NCBI RefSeq assembly: GCF_006345805.1 | Contig: NC_043008.1 | Coordinates: 2,666,001-2,730,000 of the forward strand | Direction: 5' to 3' | Source of the DNA: Octopus sinensis | Taxonomy: Eukaryota | Length of the DNA: 64,000 nt | Part shown: piece after piece, positions 27,256 through 43,388 of the stretch | Layout: each line of letters opens with the position of its first letter | Position numbering within the stretch: the stretch's first letter is position 1 | Made by a program: the position numbers and the translations under genes | The notes under the pieces: generated by a model | Told to the model about the DNA's origin: nothing | What the model saw: the letters and a program-made list of their open reading frames with translations, nothing else | Databases searched by the model: none

Positions 27256-29892
27256 AAGGAGGCGATAGGGGGTCATCTTAATGTAATGGGAAGTCCAGTG
27301 AATACCACTACTAGGAATGCCGAAACGCATAATGATATTGTTAGCATGATTACCAAGAGGAGGAATACAATTTCACCAAATGCTTATACTAGTACCTTCG
27401 CTACAGCAACCATACTTAACACCATAACTGCCACATACACTTGCAATGGAGACTACTTCCTCCATTCCAATTCCCATCACCAGCACTCCAGCCATTCCAA
27501 TCATGAACAAAACCACCGCCACAAAGTCCATCAGAACCAATATGACCGACTCCAATACCATTACAATCACCATCACTAACTATTACTTCCTTACTTGTAT
27601 CTCCACAGAAGCAACACTACTAAACCAGCGTGAATATCACCAGAAACCATAACCACCATAACCACCACCGCCACCATCCCACTAAAACCTTTACGTGTGT
27701 CATTGCAACTCCGAATATTTTATCTAATATTCTTCACAAATTACTTGGCAATATTTCTTGCCATTTCGTCGATACAGTCGATACAGTGTCCATTGAAAGG
27801 TGTAAGTATATTTAGTTAACTATTGTGTCAATACCAACAGTATGTATGTGCGTATAAAAATATATAAGAACAGCTGTATACATGTATGAAAATATGTGCG
27901 TGTGCGTACCTGCTTGTGTGTGCGTGTGTCTGTGTTTGTCTGTGTATTTGTGTCTTATTGCCTGCATATGGTCGTATATGAGTGTATAAATACCAACGTA
28001 ACTATCAGCATGACGGATGCAATTGCCTGTTTCAACATTTACTTTTGTGTTTCCATCACGTGTATATATGGCTTTTTAAATTTGTATGTGCATTCTTGTA
28101 TACAAATGCGTCTCTGCTTTCGCTCTTGTCTGTGTGTCTTTACGTAGCTTTCTATATGCATCTGTGTAGGTTTTTGATATGAATAAATATGTTACTGTCC
28201 ATGACCTGTGTGTGTGAATATATGTAGCTCTGTGTTCGAGTCAGTATGCCGCTCGCGTATATATGCCATCTTTATTAGTCTACTTTCAACACCTGGTCTA
28301 CTGTTCGAAACGTTTGTATTATACAAACATGTTTTCTTCTTTCCTGCATTGTTGACAATGTAAAACAAAAATATAGACATTTAGTAACAGTGTTTATAGA
28401 CATAATATAATAGCTCAAGTCTCTTCAGACTCACTTCCATTCCTAACGGGCAGGGGATAAAATATCGTTGATTTGTTTTAAAAGGTCAGAGCAAAGATAT
28501 ATTAACTTCCTTTACAAAATACTGTAATGGAAATTTCCTTCCTGAAACATGAATGGAAGGCAACTATTTTGTAAGGATATAGACGATGCCATTATTTTAG
28601 TTATTGAAATGAAGACAAATAATTATAACATATATTACTACCAGCGAAATCTAAGTTTATGTAAAATGAAATGTATAAAAATAGAGGTTCAAAACTTTAT
28701 TACTTCAAAAGAATTCATCTACCGCAAGACGTATTCCTGAAACTGTTTTTTATGTCGTTGAGATATAAAACTTTTGTCAAAATGTTAGATGCTTCTGAAC
28801 AACTAAGAGGAAGGTCTCGCTTTTTTCTGTTCTCTCCCAAGGGAAGGATGATTATCCTAGAAAATGGAATTTTAAATAGTTTGCGATGATATGTAATTTC
28901 ATATCTTCAATTCATTAGTGCAATATTGTCTGCGCAAATTCCTGATATTATTTTCAAATGTAAAGTAATATGTAACTTTTTAAATAATACAGGCCGTTAA
29001 CATTGACCCCGTTGTTGTTTACCTCTGTCTTCTGTAACTTCTTCTGTAACTTCAACGCATAAACAAAAAACATCTTCCTGAAAATGATGCAACTGGTATA
29101 TTATGATAATTATGATAATTATGATAATGATTCCATTGTCAGTTGTTTAGTGAAACTAAAGTTTACATCTTCCTTGCATCGCAAGTCTATTCTGTGAGCC
29201 TTAACAACTTTTCGGACAACAGATCTTCAATATACGCAGATTTACTCACGTTTCTACCTGCAGTATTCGGATCTGATTCCCTGTATTTTCTTTATTATCT
29301 ACAATATGTAGCAGTGAATTGTAATATCAAGTGGTGCATCTTTTCAACGAAGAGGACATAAATATCGAATATCATTTGAGCTAAACATGGAAATATATTA
29401 ATTTAGTAAATGATTCTGTCTTCCTCGTTCATTGTTTTCTATTGAATAAACGGTTATATTCTGATAACTATTTTGAACCTGTACTTCCTTAGCATAGAAA
29501 TAGTTACAGAATTTTCATCTAATGTTAGTCTAGATAATTTTAATGGCTACACGGTTTGCCACCGAGAACGATGTACGATCAACCAAGCGAATAAAATAAT
29601 CAGCACCTGACAAAAAAATATTACAATGTCAAACGCCAATGACAATGATTTACTGGAAAAAAAGTGGTTGTCACCAGAATGAAACCCAATGAAATATTTG
29701 GATAAAATAATGGTGTACTACGGTTGAGTTACCCATCAAAAACGTACCTGACCCTCAAACGAATCAGAGCGGCTTTGTTAGATTCTCTTTTTGGAATCGT
29801 AAATATGAATGAAGGGAAAACGTGTATTCGATGATGTTTATAGTACATTTGCTTCAACAGAGATGTTGTACTACTTCAACAAAATGTAACTT

Positions 29893-30049
29893 AGGGGTGG
29901 CTGTGTGGTAAGAAGCTTGCTTCCCACCACATGGTTCCGGGTTCAGTCCCATTGCGTGGCATCTTGGGCAAGTGTCATATACTCTAGCCTCGGATGGACC
30001 AGAAACTTCTGCCTGGATTTGGTAGACGGGAACTGAATAGAAGCCCATC

Positions 30050-30130
<81 letters not shown>

Positions 30131-30380
30131 TGTGTGTGTGTGTGTGTTGTGTGTGTGTGTATGTGTATTTGGCTGTCTGTGTTGGTCCCTCCACCATAGC
30201 TTGACAACCGATGCTGGTCGGTTTATGTCCCGGTAACTTAGCGGTTCCGCAAAAGAGGCCGATAGAATAAGTACTAGGCTTACAAAGAAGAAGTCATGGG
30301 GTCGATTTCCTCGACTAAAGGCGGTGTTCCAGCATGGCCGAAGTCAAAATGAATGAAGCAAATGAAATAATAAAAGAATA
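29893..30380 (+). mobile_element. tRNA-derived CORE-type SINE with an internal (TA)n/(TG)n microsatellite
   Basis: Head gtggctgtgtggtaagaagcttgc...gggttcagtccc; CORE-like catcttgggcaagtgtc; internal microsatellite; tail gatagaataagtactaggc...ccagcatggccgaagtc...aataaaagaata. Confidence 0.85.
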
Positions 30381-33300
30381 TATAGAATGTCTCATGCAAG
30401 ATAATTCCGAAAATGAATCGTATGGAGAGAAACAACCTCCCCAAAATTCAAATTCTGGGGAGTTACTATTTCAAATATTGAAACTTTGACTATATTATCC
30501 AATGCCATCCACTTCACTTGACTACAGCGCAGAACAGCCACACTGTGATGTTTCGGACGTAGATGCTAACTTGTTGGTAGTCTGCTTTCTGGTTTTATCA
30601 TGTTGGTCACTGGACATTAACGTATCAATTACAGCGCATTGTTGTATTCATATAATATATTATCCACGGATATTTGCGCAGTATTTGTATGTGAGATGTA
30701 ATTATATTTTATAGACGATCAGAAACTATTGGAATCCAAAATTAACACTGAAAAAGAGCCCAGTTCTCTCAGAATATATTCACGTTCTCCAACATAATGT
30801 ATGTAGATGTACATAAATGAATGCAATTTCTATTAATCTGTGTTATTAGTTGTTCAGAAAATGAATTCTGCAAAAAAGAAAAAAAGAAACACCGTTTCCA
30901 AACTGCGTTTTCAAAATATTCACCGAAAACTCATTAAACCACTAAGTATTAGTTTTCTTGTTAATGCAAGTGTAATGGAGTCTGAAGTTATGAATTGGGC
31001 ACAGATCGGAAATAATATCTGTTTATTTTATAGAAAACCTGCATGACATGAGAGTGTAATGAGATAGAGTAGACACATGAGAAAAAGTTCTGAATGAATA
31101 GAATTTAAAAAATGGATAAAATGTGATGATGTGTTTGTTATTGGTGTTATCGCCTTTAATGATAATATTGATTTTTTTAGTGGTGGCCGTGGCAGTAACG
31201 TTTTGTCGTCTGCTGCAACCAAAAGGGACCATCATCCAAGCATCTAGTTGATATTTGCTATGCTATTAGTTGCAAATGTATACGATAAAGCGGTAAATTC
31301 ACTTGATGATAACTTCAAAGATTGTGTAAAAATTGAAAGGAAAACAAATATATTAAACGTAAAAACCTTATCATGAAGACATGTATTAGTATAGTGTATT
31401 TAATCTAAATAAATCACCGGGGAACGGGTCACTCAAAAGTGAGATTGAAGAATACATGGAACTACTAACAGAACTGAAAATCGGAAAAATCTTTCTCAAA
31501 GACATCATCACTAGCGATGCATTTGTTATTATTCCAAGGAGAGAGAGATGATGTTAAACTAGTCATCTACTTATAAATTAATACCACTACTCTCGTCTCT
31601 AGTCGTCTTTCATTGGATACGTTTTTATACCACTTTTTCATTGAAAACATCTCTGCATTGGAAACAAAAAATCAATAATTTGGAAGCAAATACAAAATAT
31701 GCTTTTCTTTTAGTTTTTATCACTTTTTAACATTAAATTTCTATATATAATTTAAATATCTTCTGGGATCCAACAGCATATAACATTAGGTTTGCCTCAA
31801 TACGTAATGTTTATTTATGAAAGAATAATCGAGAAATTTATCGAACATTTCTTTCTATGTAAGATTTCCTGTCTAGGTGTGGCAATTCACAATATCAAAC
31901 ATCTTTTTGTTTTTCTTTTCTTAAACACATACCATCTTAAACTGCTTAAAACCAACTGAGGAAACAACAAATCTAAGAAAATCAGTGAAGTGTTAAAGAA
32001 CACCTCAAGGTAAATATTCTGATTCGTGTAGCTTATTGTTTGATCGTTTTCTTTCTGTTTTGCACCAAAATTTCCTTTGAATCAGTTGCGGCACAACGTC
32101 AAAAATGCGACACGTGACTTAAAGATATTCCTCTTCAGTTTCTCAAATGCAATGAAGCAGATTCTTCTCTTTTTCCCTTCTTTAAACATTCTCCCTGTTG
32201 CACTCTTGGATCAACCGATAACGGAAAGGTTTACACACGCGCCTACTGCCACAAATGCATTATCATACATACGCAGACAGGATCTTCTGTGTAAGCAAAA
32301 ATCAACCATTGTCGATAAAGGATCGTATAAACGCATTGACTATCTTCAATCGTGAACTTATCTTTCATGGTAAGACCAGACTGAAATTTTCGTGTAAAAC
32401 AACACATTTCCAGTGCAAACGTGACCAATACAATTCGCTACCGATGCCATAAATATGCCTGTGACACAGACAATTCTGACAATCAAATACATTGATTTAT
32501 GGTTAATTTGAGGAAGGTAAAATTTTACATAACCTGTATAGGTATGAATTTATAAATGTATATAAATGTGCGTATGTGTGTGTGCGTGTGTCTGTGTTAT
32601 AGTATGATATTCATGTAAATTGTTTAAATTACAGATTTGCAATACATTACAGTGAAAATTTCACAGCTTTATTCACAATATAGACAGAGTAAAGTAGAAA
32701 CCCCTTAATGTTTCAATGGTTTGTTGAACACTGAGAAGGCAATATCCAACCTCATTATTCTGCTTCCATAACGAATTCATATCTACTGGTTGTTAGGTCA
32801 AATATAAAAACCATTATAACGACGCTAATTCGGTCAATGACTGCATAATTAGATAATTATTAAGCCTGTAAGCAACAGGACATGTTAAAATTTTAATGTA
32901 AATTTCTGTTAGAAATCTACAGTTTTTAATTCTTCGATGTAAGTCTAAATTTCCACGTTGAATATAGAATTTCATTTGCACAGATGTTAGGGATTTTATG
33001 GGGTTATCTTTCTACATGGAATGACTTAAATATTGGTATTCATATGGGGATTATTTACCGTAAGTGAAGATGTAATCATCGTAACATTTACTATGCATTA
33101 GACGTGATATTTCGGTTTTAACGTAATACAATAAATATATGTAAGTCAGACTCACACAAATAGACAGAAACATAACTATACGTACATATTTCCATACGTT
33201 TAAATATGTAAATATGTATACATAACATGTGACGCGCACACATTCGCATGCACACACATAGATATTACATATATATATATATATATAATAGCATTCATAT

Positions 33301-33484
33301 ATAGTAGTATTTAGAAGGTACGCGCATCATTTCTACCGTTCTAGGTATAACAAAAATTATCTATTGAGAGATAACATCAATGTGAATACTCTCGTAATTT
33401 ATAGGCGCGTGACATGATACAAACTGTCAGTTTCTGGAAAATGACGTGACGTGATTGCGCTCAGAGATGATAAATTGTACATAT

Positions 33485-33551
33485 CAATTATTCTCATTAT
33501 TATTATTATTCTCATTATTATTATTATTATTATTATTATTCAGTAGTTTTA

Positions 33552-33582
<31 letters not shown>

Positions 33583-33584
33583 CA

Positions 33585-33680
<96 letters not shown>
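33485..33680. repeat. (ATT)n microsatellite
   Basis: Direct reading; source of the poly-Ile ORF 33455-33715. Confidence 0.97.
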
Positions 33681-33681
<1 letters not shown>

Positions 33682-36204
33682 GAGGACGGGTCACGTCGAC
33701 ATGACCCGAGTTTAGCTGAAAGGCACACGTTTTATAGAATACCGAATTATATGATAATTCAATGAATAGTGAATTCAGTTGAAGAAATTACTGGACGCGC
33801 ATTTTATAAAATCGCACACACAAATGTCAGGAACAGCCTCTCGTAGATGTAAGTAATTAGTTTTAGCGTGTTCTGACAGCACGGCCTGTTGTTTCGGTTT
33901 CGACAATCTCAGTGCTGACATGTAAAGTTTGGAAGCTTCTTTTATATAACCAATGAACATCAGTGTCATGCTTAGGCAGAAACCGTGACATGGAGGTGTG
34001 ATAATAACTTTACCTTTTATTTCTGACGTTCAGCAAAATATAAACATGATATATTTTAGAAGGCACTCGATAATATTGTCAGAGATTTGAAACAGTTTCT
34101 TTTTTAAAAATGCATCAACGCGTCATGCTATTCTCCTCGAAAGAATCGACCGCTCTTCCTCCGTCTTTTACTGGTTTTGACTTGTTCGTATTCGTAGAAA
34201 ATGTGTAAAAATATTTGAAAGTATGTGTTTCATCCACAACTGTGAGGAGAGAAAAGAAAAGACAATCGGAACTCTCACACATCTACAAAGAAGAGTATGG
34301 AGCAGAGTATGATTAGTGACGTATAAATAACTAACAAAAAAATAAGGCGACTCTGATCCGCTGAACTTGTTAATGGTCATGAACACATTGCCAACCGTCT
34401 TCAATGGGACCAACATTGAATATGGATGATATTTGAAGTACACTATGCTTCCAAAAACGTAGCGGGTTTAGTACTGGAATACGATGGTGGGCTAATATGG
34501 TTAATAGGCTGACTATGAAGGAATGATGCGAGACCTGTAAAATTTCGGTTACGTTAAATTCAACTCTTAATATTAACAACCGCTATGTTTCTTTCCAGGT
34601 AAACTAATACCTGACTGTTCAAGGCAGACTTTAAATGTAACTAGTACTGAATTCACTTGAAAATGAATAAAATTCGGCATCGTTGTGTTATCAAGAGTGT
34701 AACCTCCAAGGCTAGAATGTGTCACTCCTACATTCAACCAAATTACAATAATGCTATATCGTTAACATAACTAGGTTTTATGTAGGCTCCCGTGCACAAT
34801 ATGCACATCAGACCGTGATGCATCAATGCCAATTCAATCAACCTGCTGAACATAGTAAATGGTTATCCATCAAATCCTCCCCAGCAACGTTAAAGTATTC
34901 GCTTGTTTTAAGTTGTAAGCTTTTCTACATTTCCTCACTCTTGAAATGTATCTTAACCTATCGTCTTATGATTTGGAAAGACAAACTTGATCTCACCGCA
35001 ATTTGAACTTTGAACGCAAGGTGCAGCTGTAAATACGCAATACTTTTTGCCCGATGCTGTAAAGGTCACGTTTGAGTGGCAACTGAAGACGAATTTTCAT
35101 TTGTAATGAATCTTCATTACCTTCGAATACTCTGTTACACGAAGCGATTATATTTGTGGGGGAACATAATTCTGATTGATCATCATGCATAGAGCTGTTT
35201 TAGCATTAATTACTTTAAATCTCTACTAACGAGAGGCATACTAATTGAATATTATACGTTTCTCTTTATTAACGACATAATATTTATACGATAGATCTGT
35301 TATCAAACAGATTTAAGATCTGTGCAACTGAGTGGCATATAATACACGTAATATATTTACATAATACATTACATAATATTTCTTATATTTACTCAGAACC
35401 GTTTAATTTAAATGAAGATTTGCCTGATATTTCTTGTAGGTTTAACTCCCAATTACTAGCTTCCTGTTGACTTTCGTTTACTCTGTTGGTTTTTTAATGT
35501 AGTTGTCCTGTTGTTTGGCCATATGACGGTTTTATTTATGCAAAACTATGACGAAAGGCTTTCACATTTTAAACTGATAGTGTTTTCCTAGTGCTCAATA
35601 TACATGTGAATTTATCCACATGTTCTCCAGCTCTACTGAAGACAAAACCGTATGCATTAAAGCCAAACAAAGCTGATACTTCTACTAGACTGAACGACAG
35701 CATAGAGGCTCCTTTGTTGTAGTAAGAAATGGTAATATTTCTAGATATCTGTGGGAAGTAGAGACGATTACTCTTTTATGAAGCTGGTTATCGTAATTTT
35801 CAATTGCTTAACATGATGAATGATCCAAGTACTTCGCTGATGGATGCGTTATGGTTATAATTGCAAAGAGATCTTATTATAAAGCAAAATAATGTAACAA
35901 CACAAACTGATAACATCTGGATTGAAATATCGAAAATTAGATGAAACCTCATCATTTGGGAAACCACATATGCGAAATATTGCAAAAAAATCACTGAATA
36001 CATTGGATCAGGTATGTAGTGCAATAATTGTGATCTATGGAATATATAACGCATACCAACATTATAACATTTTTAACATGCATAGATTGAGAAACTACAT
36101 TTATATTATAAAAATGACTGACCCACCCCCTTCCCAACAAGGTGCCACTATAATAGTACAAAGTCTCGACAGTTTTAAATAATTCTCCTTACTTATATAC
36201 CAAT

Positions 36205-36380
36205 CATCTGAGGCAGGTAACGAGGATGTTGGGAGCGTTAGCACGCCGGACAGTAACTGAGTAACTGAGTACAAAACACGCCGGGGTCGAGTTTGACTTT
36301 TTCAGGAGCCAATGAACACTGAAACCATTGTAATCAATAAGGCCCCCTCCTTCAAACTTTCAAATGTTCTACCATAAAGT
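36205..36380 (+). mobile_element. Highly degraded OR-like SINE
   Basis: Residual cgttagcacgccgg, cgccggggtcgagtttgacttt and ggccccctcc motifs occur in the SINE order. Confidence 0.55.
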
Positions 36381-37031
36381 ACATGATAGTCTTAAAATAG
36401 AACCTGACGAGACTACAAAGTAAATGATAGGTCATGTAGAGTAGAATCCAATGAAGTACTACAATTACAATAGTCAAAAAGAATTCAATTTCGTGTTTGA
36501 ACTTCTGATGATGTCTGAAGATTAAGAACGAATAAAATAAACATACAAGTTCTACATTCCCGTATTTACTTATCTAGCTATTAATATATTATTATATTTC
36601 ATATAGGCTAGTAAAACGTACAACAGTTATGCTTATTATATTACATAAAATTTGAGATTGGTTCATTCTTAAACTTAGAATTTTGTCTGTTTGGATGGCC
36701 TGCGTGAGAGACGATTGGAGTTAAACCTTGGTACGGTATCAACCGAGGCAATAAGAGATTGAAAAAAGATTTGTATATCGAATAACGAAAACGCTCTCGT
36801 GGGCGTTTGAAATGCCATATACTTGGTGGTCACCTTACGTAGACGTTTTACACCAATATTTCAGCCTGATTCCTACTTATAAGTATGACACTTTTATTTT
36901 TTTTTAATTATTAAAAGTGTGATTGCGTGAAAAGTATTTACTATGAATTACAATATACACACATACACAAATACACATATATCTCTATATGTATATTTGC
37001 ATACGTACATATATATTAGTGCCTGTGTGTT

Positions 37032-37069
<38 letters not shown>

Positions 37070-40000
37070 TGCATATGGTTATATATAATTTGATAAAGCT
37101 ACCTGGTAATTAGTTTGAACTATATAACGTTTACTAATAGAAAGCAATTATTAAAGTTCCAAACATGCTTTTAATATTGAATATTTTGCGTATAAGCTTT
37201 CATCTCAAATGGAATTTTTATTGACTGGTATTTCAAATGAAAAAATGTCACACAAAAAATGAAACGACACTTTCTGAATGTTATATATTTAATCCAAAAA
37301 CCGATAAATTGTGCTGATTCCAATATCCTGTAATATTAACTAGGCATGGTTTGAATTAACTTACGTCACTTGAGCACAACAAGATACACCCACCTTGATT
37401 TTTCCTTTCATATCATTTGTAAAACGTATAGTTTCAACAATATCAACTACAAATACTCGATGTAGCATATTGCGATTATATTATATTATATTACAGCATT
37501 ATTTCAGCCAGTCTCCTATTTATAATACTTTAATTTCGAATTTTCGCTATTACCGAAGAGGGTGATAGACATAATCTAATGCCTAGTGTAACACTCATCC
37601 ATCAGGCCTCAGTTGATTTTTCAACCTCTACCCTACAGCAAAGATTCGAGCCAAGCCTCGAATTTGAGGATTACTTCTTCTTTTCCTTCCAGCAATTTCG
37701 GAGCTGCTGTAAAGGCGGTAGCCACCCTGCCTCCCACCACACCTAAAGATGACTTATGTAAGCGAGTCCTGTAAATAGAACATGTGTTGGTTCGGAGTGC
37801 GAAAAACAGCGGCAAAACATTCATCACATCATACGCTAAGGTTTTGAAAATGAAAATATTTTGTAATGTAGTGTCGCATACGCGATTACTGAAAACTTGT
37901 TAAATACACACGAACAGAAAACAGTTTATTTTAGAGCTGTTTAATCATATATGCTATGATTGGGGGGGGGGATAGGTTATCTTCCAAATTTCCGTTGTCT
38001 TTAATATTGCCTATCATGTGTTTTTGTTTCGGAATATTTAGTGTAAAACTGCTCGAGAAGTATTTAATATATTCAATACAACGATATGCCATACCCATGG
38101 AAATCAATATGAACTTTGAAATATTCAAATCATGGATATTTAACTTTACATAATTAATGCATGTATGTTATCAGATTGATAGATTTATATAAATGCCTAG
38201 GCTCTTAAATGGAACCAGAATTAAATATGCAATCCTTAATTAATTCTATTTTCATGCTACTACTTATTTGTTTCTAATACTCACTACATTAAATATGTAG
38301 TGATATCTATTTTAATTATAATTTAGGCCAGAACTATGTTACGCAACAAGGTCGGATGTTTAGGCAATTCAGTGCATAATCACACAGTCCTTAATTCGTT
38401 CCTTTGCGAGGTATTCAACTAAAATTGCTTATCGTGAGTGCGGAGACAAAGTTTACCTCGGGTTGCAACTAAACATTGTTATCCAAGTCAGCTAAATGCA
38501 ATAATGGAAAATCAATGTGTCAAATCAATCCAAAAATGTTACGGTACGACGGTGGTTCGTTTTATTTATGAATATTTTCAGGAGGCTATTCAAAGCGCTT
38601 TCACATAAAAAAGGAGGTTGGGGGGACTTGCGCTCCATGCGCCCCCTATTCCCGAAAGATTGAATAGACACACATTTTAACAATCTAACTGTGTTAATGA
38701 AAGCTGTTTAGAAGCCTTTCGTGGGATTGTACTAATATCTTAAATGTTCAATCACGTCACATTGGCTCTCGTTATTTCCATTTAACAATTTCTTAGAGAG
38801 TACCCGTTTCTCTGTACTCACAGGCTAATTCAAATACCAGATAGTTCACTTCATTTAACAATAGAACACTCCTCGCAGAAACTGCTCGAAATGCCTTAGC
38901 ATTATTTACACTGTTATAATATTATGCATCTATAACACTCAGCAAGTACATTTTGCCAATCTCAATCTGAGCATTTGAACACTAAGTTACAACGACCATT
39001 GAATAGTGTGAAGAGGAAAGAGAGAGGCGGATAAATGACGATCCATGTAATTGTTGAAGAATAACAGTTGAAAAAATATAGGCATTCATTAATTTCATTT
39101 CTTTTTCTCTATTTTCCTGTTTCAATGCATATTTTTAGTTCTTCACTTCTACAAGAATTACAAATAATAGCACAATTCAGATTTCTGTGCTTTTGCGTTC
39201 AGTCCCTTTGCACAGATTGTATGACACAGAAAACAAACACTGTGTGTATAGTTATAATGAAATATAGCAATAGCCTCTCTTTTACTACCATTTATAAAGA
39301 TCATCACCATGTGGGTGTCCTTACGACATCTTATATATCTAAATGGGAATAAACTTTTGAAAAAAATCATCTAGTGTGTTTTTATATATATATATTACAG
39401 CCCTGTACATAATTTTCGCCAAATACAAATCTTGCAACCTTCTTCGCTAAATATAACATATTAATAAATCATATCAACAAAGCGAAACTTATAGATTATC
39501 ACTAGTTAACGCCCATGCTATCACATTCACATAACAAAGAAAATAGCCATGCATTTCAAGGATTCTAGTTCATACATTTGTCCGTATTTAATCCCGGGTT
39601 AGCGTTGGTTTGCGAGCTGAAAAAATTCAAACATTACAATCATATATTATTTCTCATAATGTGTGTCTGGGACTACATCGTCCCATATGGCTTTATTACT
39701 TTCAATGTTCTTAATGTGTAGCCATTAAGCAAGCCTGAATATAAAGATTGAACAGAACAGCTATAACCGAATTATTTCCATTCGTGTCACTACTTTCTTT
39801 TCATAATCGTTTCTTCATACAGGTGACATAATATTACACTATCCAAAACATCTCTAATCTGTTGAAGATATTAAGGACCTTTTCTGGCATACCTAGCATC
39901 TCGAAACACAAAACAGATGATGGTCCTTTCTTTGACTCACATTGATTACCGATGGTCCGCATGTTTCTCTTTTTCATAAATATACTTGGTACTTATTAGA

Positions 40001-41984
40001 AACAGCCAGCTCATTATGATGACCAGAAAACACTTCTTGACATCGATCAGTGCGCGTCTCCTACATATTATGTATTACTGTAGTGCTCTGCTTACAATGT
40101 AAAGTTTTCTACGGATTGGAAGAACATACATTGTAAGCATGGCATTTTAGGAAAACGATTTCACAGGTTCCTTGAAATAAATCATTCAGACATCGGGATA
40201 GCTTAGATCCATGAAATATTTGATGTGCACATAAACGTGCCATATACGCATAAAATATCAACCTAACTTCATTGAAATGTCTATAACCGCTAATCTCCTT
40301 TGGGGTAAGCCGACACATAGTGTGAACCTTTTATCATTAAACTTTTTTGTCAGCAACTACTTTTACTGTTTACAATACAATGCGCTAATTTAAATCTTTC
40401 TATGTACACTAAAATGTCCAGTCTGCAATGAAAACCTCTGTCCACATTACGAAATAATCCTTACATTAAAATAGTCTGTCAATATTAAAAAAGTCCAGTG
40501 TTAAATTGAGTGTTGTGTCTACAATATAATATGGCGGCTGCATCGAAACATCATCCTCACAGATTATTTAGTAATCAATCACATGTTCGAACAACCGTTC
40601 TCTCGAAGAGACCATACATGACTCTACCATCAAATTTTAATTCCAATTTTGATATTGATAGCATTGTATACAATCTAATCACGCATATGTTTACTGCAAT
40701 AAATTTATGTTTATTCTGGTTTACTTTAAATTCTATGTCTGCCATATTGGATTATTAACAAATTATTTCATTTAATCACATTATGTATGTGTTTATACAC
40801 GTATATATACATTCATATTCACACATGCATATATTCTCATATGCACACATTTATGTTTGTAGAAATTTGCAACTAGAAGTCTCCTAAAGGGAATTTCGAA
40901 AAAAAAATGTGATTTTTTAATATTTTATTTCATTTATTTTGTTCTACATTTTTGGAAAACTATTTTTAATAAAAGTAGCTTTGCTGCTTCTCAGCGTAAT
41001 ATGTTGTTTTGTTTCTTATTTGGATATTATTCCCATGTTCTAGTGGGAAATTTCTTTGAAAGGAAATAGTAATTTAAAACAATGTTATTGTGTAATTAGC
41101 TACCATGCTGGAAAAAATCTTTTTTTTTTCATAATTGATTTCTCTCTTTATTATTTGAATTAAATTATATTTTAAGTTTCGTTTGAGTATTTTTGTTTTG
41201 TTTTTGTTATTTCATTGTATGCTCCTTTAATATTTTTGATTCCCAGTGATTTTCCAAACACATAATTTCTGTAATCTCTCTCCAACCCTATCAAAACAAG
41301 ATCGTCAGTTTTGTGTTAATCTCGCGCTACAGTTACATTGATTCTTTCTTTCTTTTTCTTTGCCATTTTCCACGTCATATGACTATTTTCAAATTTGCTG
41401 TGCTACAGAAATAACGTACAAGTGAAAAATACCAAATAATTTGGTTTCTCTCAGAATTTACTCCATGCAGTTAACGGATAATGAAGTTAAATTAATTTTC
41501 TCGGTTTTTATTAGCGATACTGGATGACACTTCCCCGATGTGGATTTATTCCAATGTAAGCATCGGCCTATTGGTTGTCAGATGATGCACCTGCACATTG
41601 AAGTGACAAAACAATTTCTGTGTTTGTTGTTCTAGTTTCAAATTAGTGTCATCCTAATCATTCACCGACATTAAATGGGAAATTAACTTAAAGAAATACA
41701 TTGTCCAGTGACAACCACGTCTTCATTAAAATAATTCTGGTCACTGCAACGACGTTCATTTCAAAACTTAGCGCAGGGTTTCGAATAATATTATTTGTAA
41801 TACATGAAAATATGAATATTTACTGTAGATATCGTTGAACAAATCATTGTGTCTGATATTAAATAACTCACAAAATGTCATCTAAAGATGTCATGACCCC
41901 AAGATGAGAAGGGTTGACTTTTTTTTATTTATCTCTGCACAGGAGTGGCTATGTGGTAAGTTGCTTGCTTACTGCTAACGAGTT

Positions 41985-42250
41985 GTCGTATTGTTTTTCG
42001 TCACGGCGGAAGTCACATCCTACTTGAAAAATTGAACATTTGAAGCACGACCACAAGTAAAGCATTTGTTTTTGGGGTCATAGTGAGGCCCGTTGTCCGT
42101 ATGGTTATTATTTTTTTCGAACAAGGGTCTCTACTGTGTTCCAGACATTTGTTTGTCAGTGGTCGTACTAAAAGACTCACATTTTAGCGAGAATTGTGTG
42201 TTTTCGGGAGACGTGTCACACCGAAAATTTTTGGAATTGTCTATGACTGT
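41985..42250 (-). mobile_element. Degraded mariner transposase fragment
   Basis: Mixed minus frames give PHYDPKNK...FFK*DV and ...RDEKQYDN, resembling mariner WVPH...K / FL..IVT.DEKW..YDN. Confidence 0.4.
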
Positions 42251-43352
42251 GTTTGTGCCCTTTCAAGTAGATTTCTACCATAAAGGATAGGAGTAGAGCC
42301 GGGGTAGAACGGAATACCATTTGTGCTGCGAAGGGCTACCAGTTTGAATCACCAGTAGCAGAATTGTGTTGTGTTGTGTTGCCATTTTGGACTATCTTCC
42401 TTCTATCCAGAATTAAAAATACTGGTGGTATTATATCAAACTCTTATTGACAGCAATTGTAAGTATTCATTTTATGTACTGGCACATATAGCTGTATAAC
42501 TGGACAAACTCAGTAGAACTTTTGTTTTTATAAGACAATATAAAAATTCATTACAGTGACATTACAAAATTCTCAGTGAATGAATATGGCAGTTAATTTG
42601 CAAGTGTATTATGGACATTCTAGAACACAACCAACTTGCATGTACCTTGTACATAGAATACTCGGTTTCATTACTAATGGAGTATATCACTCTTTATAAG
42701 GACGTAAAATGCGTCAGTGTCATTTAAATAACTGGTAAAATATTTACAATACAATTAAATGCCACGAACGTATTGCGTTTTCACATGATTATAAAGAAAA
42801 TGTTTATGTTCCCAGTATGTCCCTCAGTAACAATATTTCGAGTACAATAGTACTGTTACCTTACAGAAAGTTGAAAAGCCTCTACAGAGCAAATGGACTC
42901 CATCAAACGAGCATCTATAAATCGTATATAACGTTTTCGATATCCCTTGTAATGACACTCGCGTTTCTTGTTACTCGTGGTTAACAGAGAGATATTAAGT
43001 TTCAATGAAATTAATTGCAGTCAATTCAAATAGGCAAAGCTCAGTTCCAGTAAGAATTGAACGTTCGTCGTGGTTTTACTCAAAGGGAGCAACAATTGAA
43101 CTTTCATCGAAACTTCATTCTCTGTGTACTTCTACTGACTGACTTTTCTAAGTCCATGTTATTGATCATTTGTGTGTGTGTGTTGTGTTCCATTTTCTGA
43201 TTTGTACCTAAACCGGGCAATCACTTAGAAATAATAATATCAGGCTTAATTCTTAAATACTCTCAGCATGTAAATACATAATACTACATAATTTTACATT
43301 AAAAAACTTTTTACATTCAAAGTTAATAACAATAGTATTCTCTGTCTCTCAT

Positions 43353-43388
<36 letters not shown>

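Noticed and set aside
27290-27700. Thr/His-rich mucin-like coding exon
   Set aside because: The Thr-rich reading jumps between frames and lacks convincing splice sites; it fits decayed ACC-type low-complexity DNA.
31133-31250. Hydrophobic 41-aa small ORF (MMCLLLVLSPLMIILIFLVVAVAVTFCRLLQPKGTIIQASS)
   Set aside because: It derives from GT/AT-rich low-complexity sequence, with no promoter, splice or homology support.
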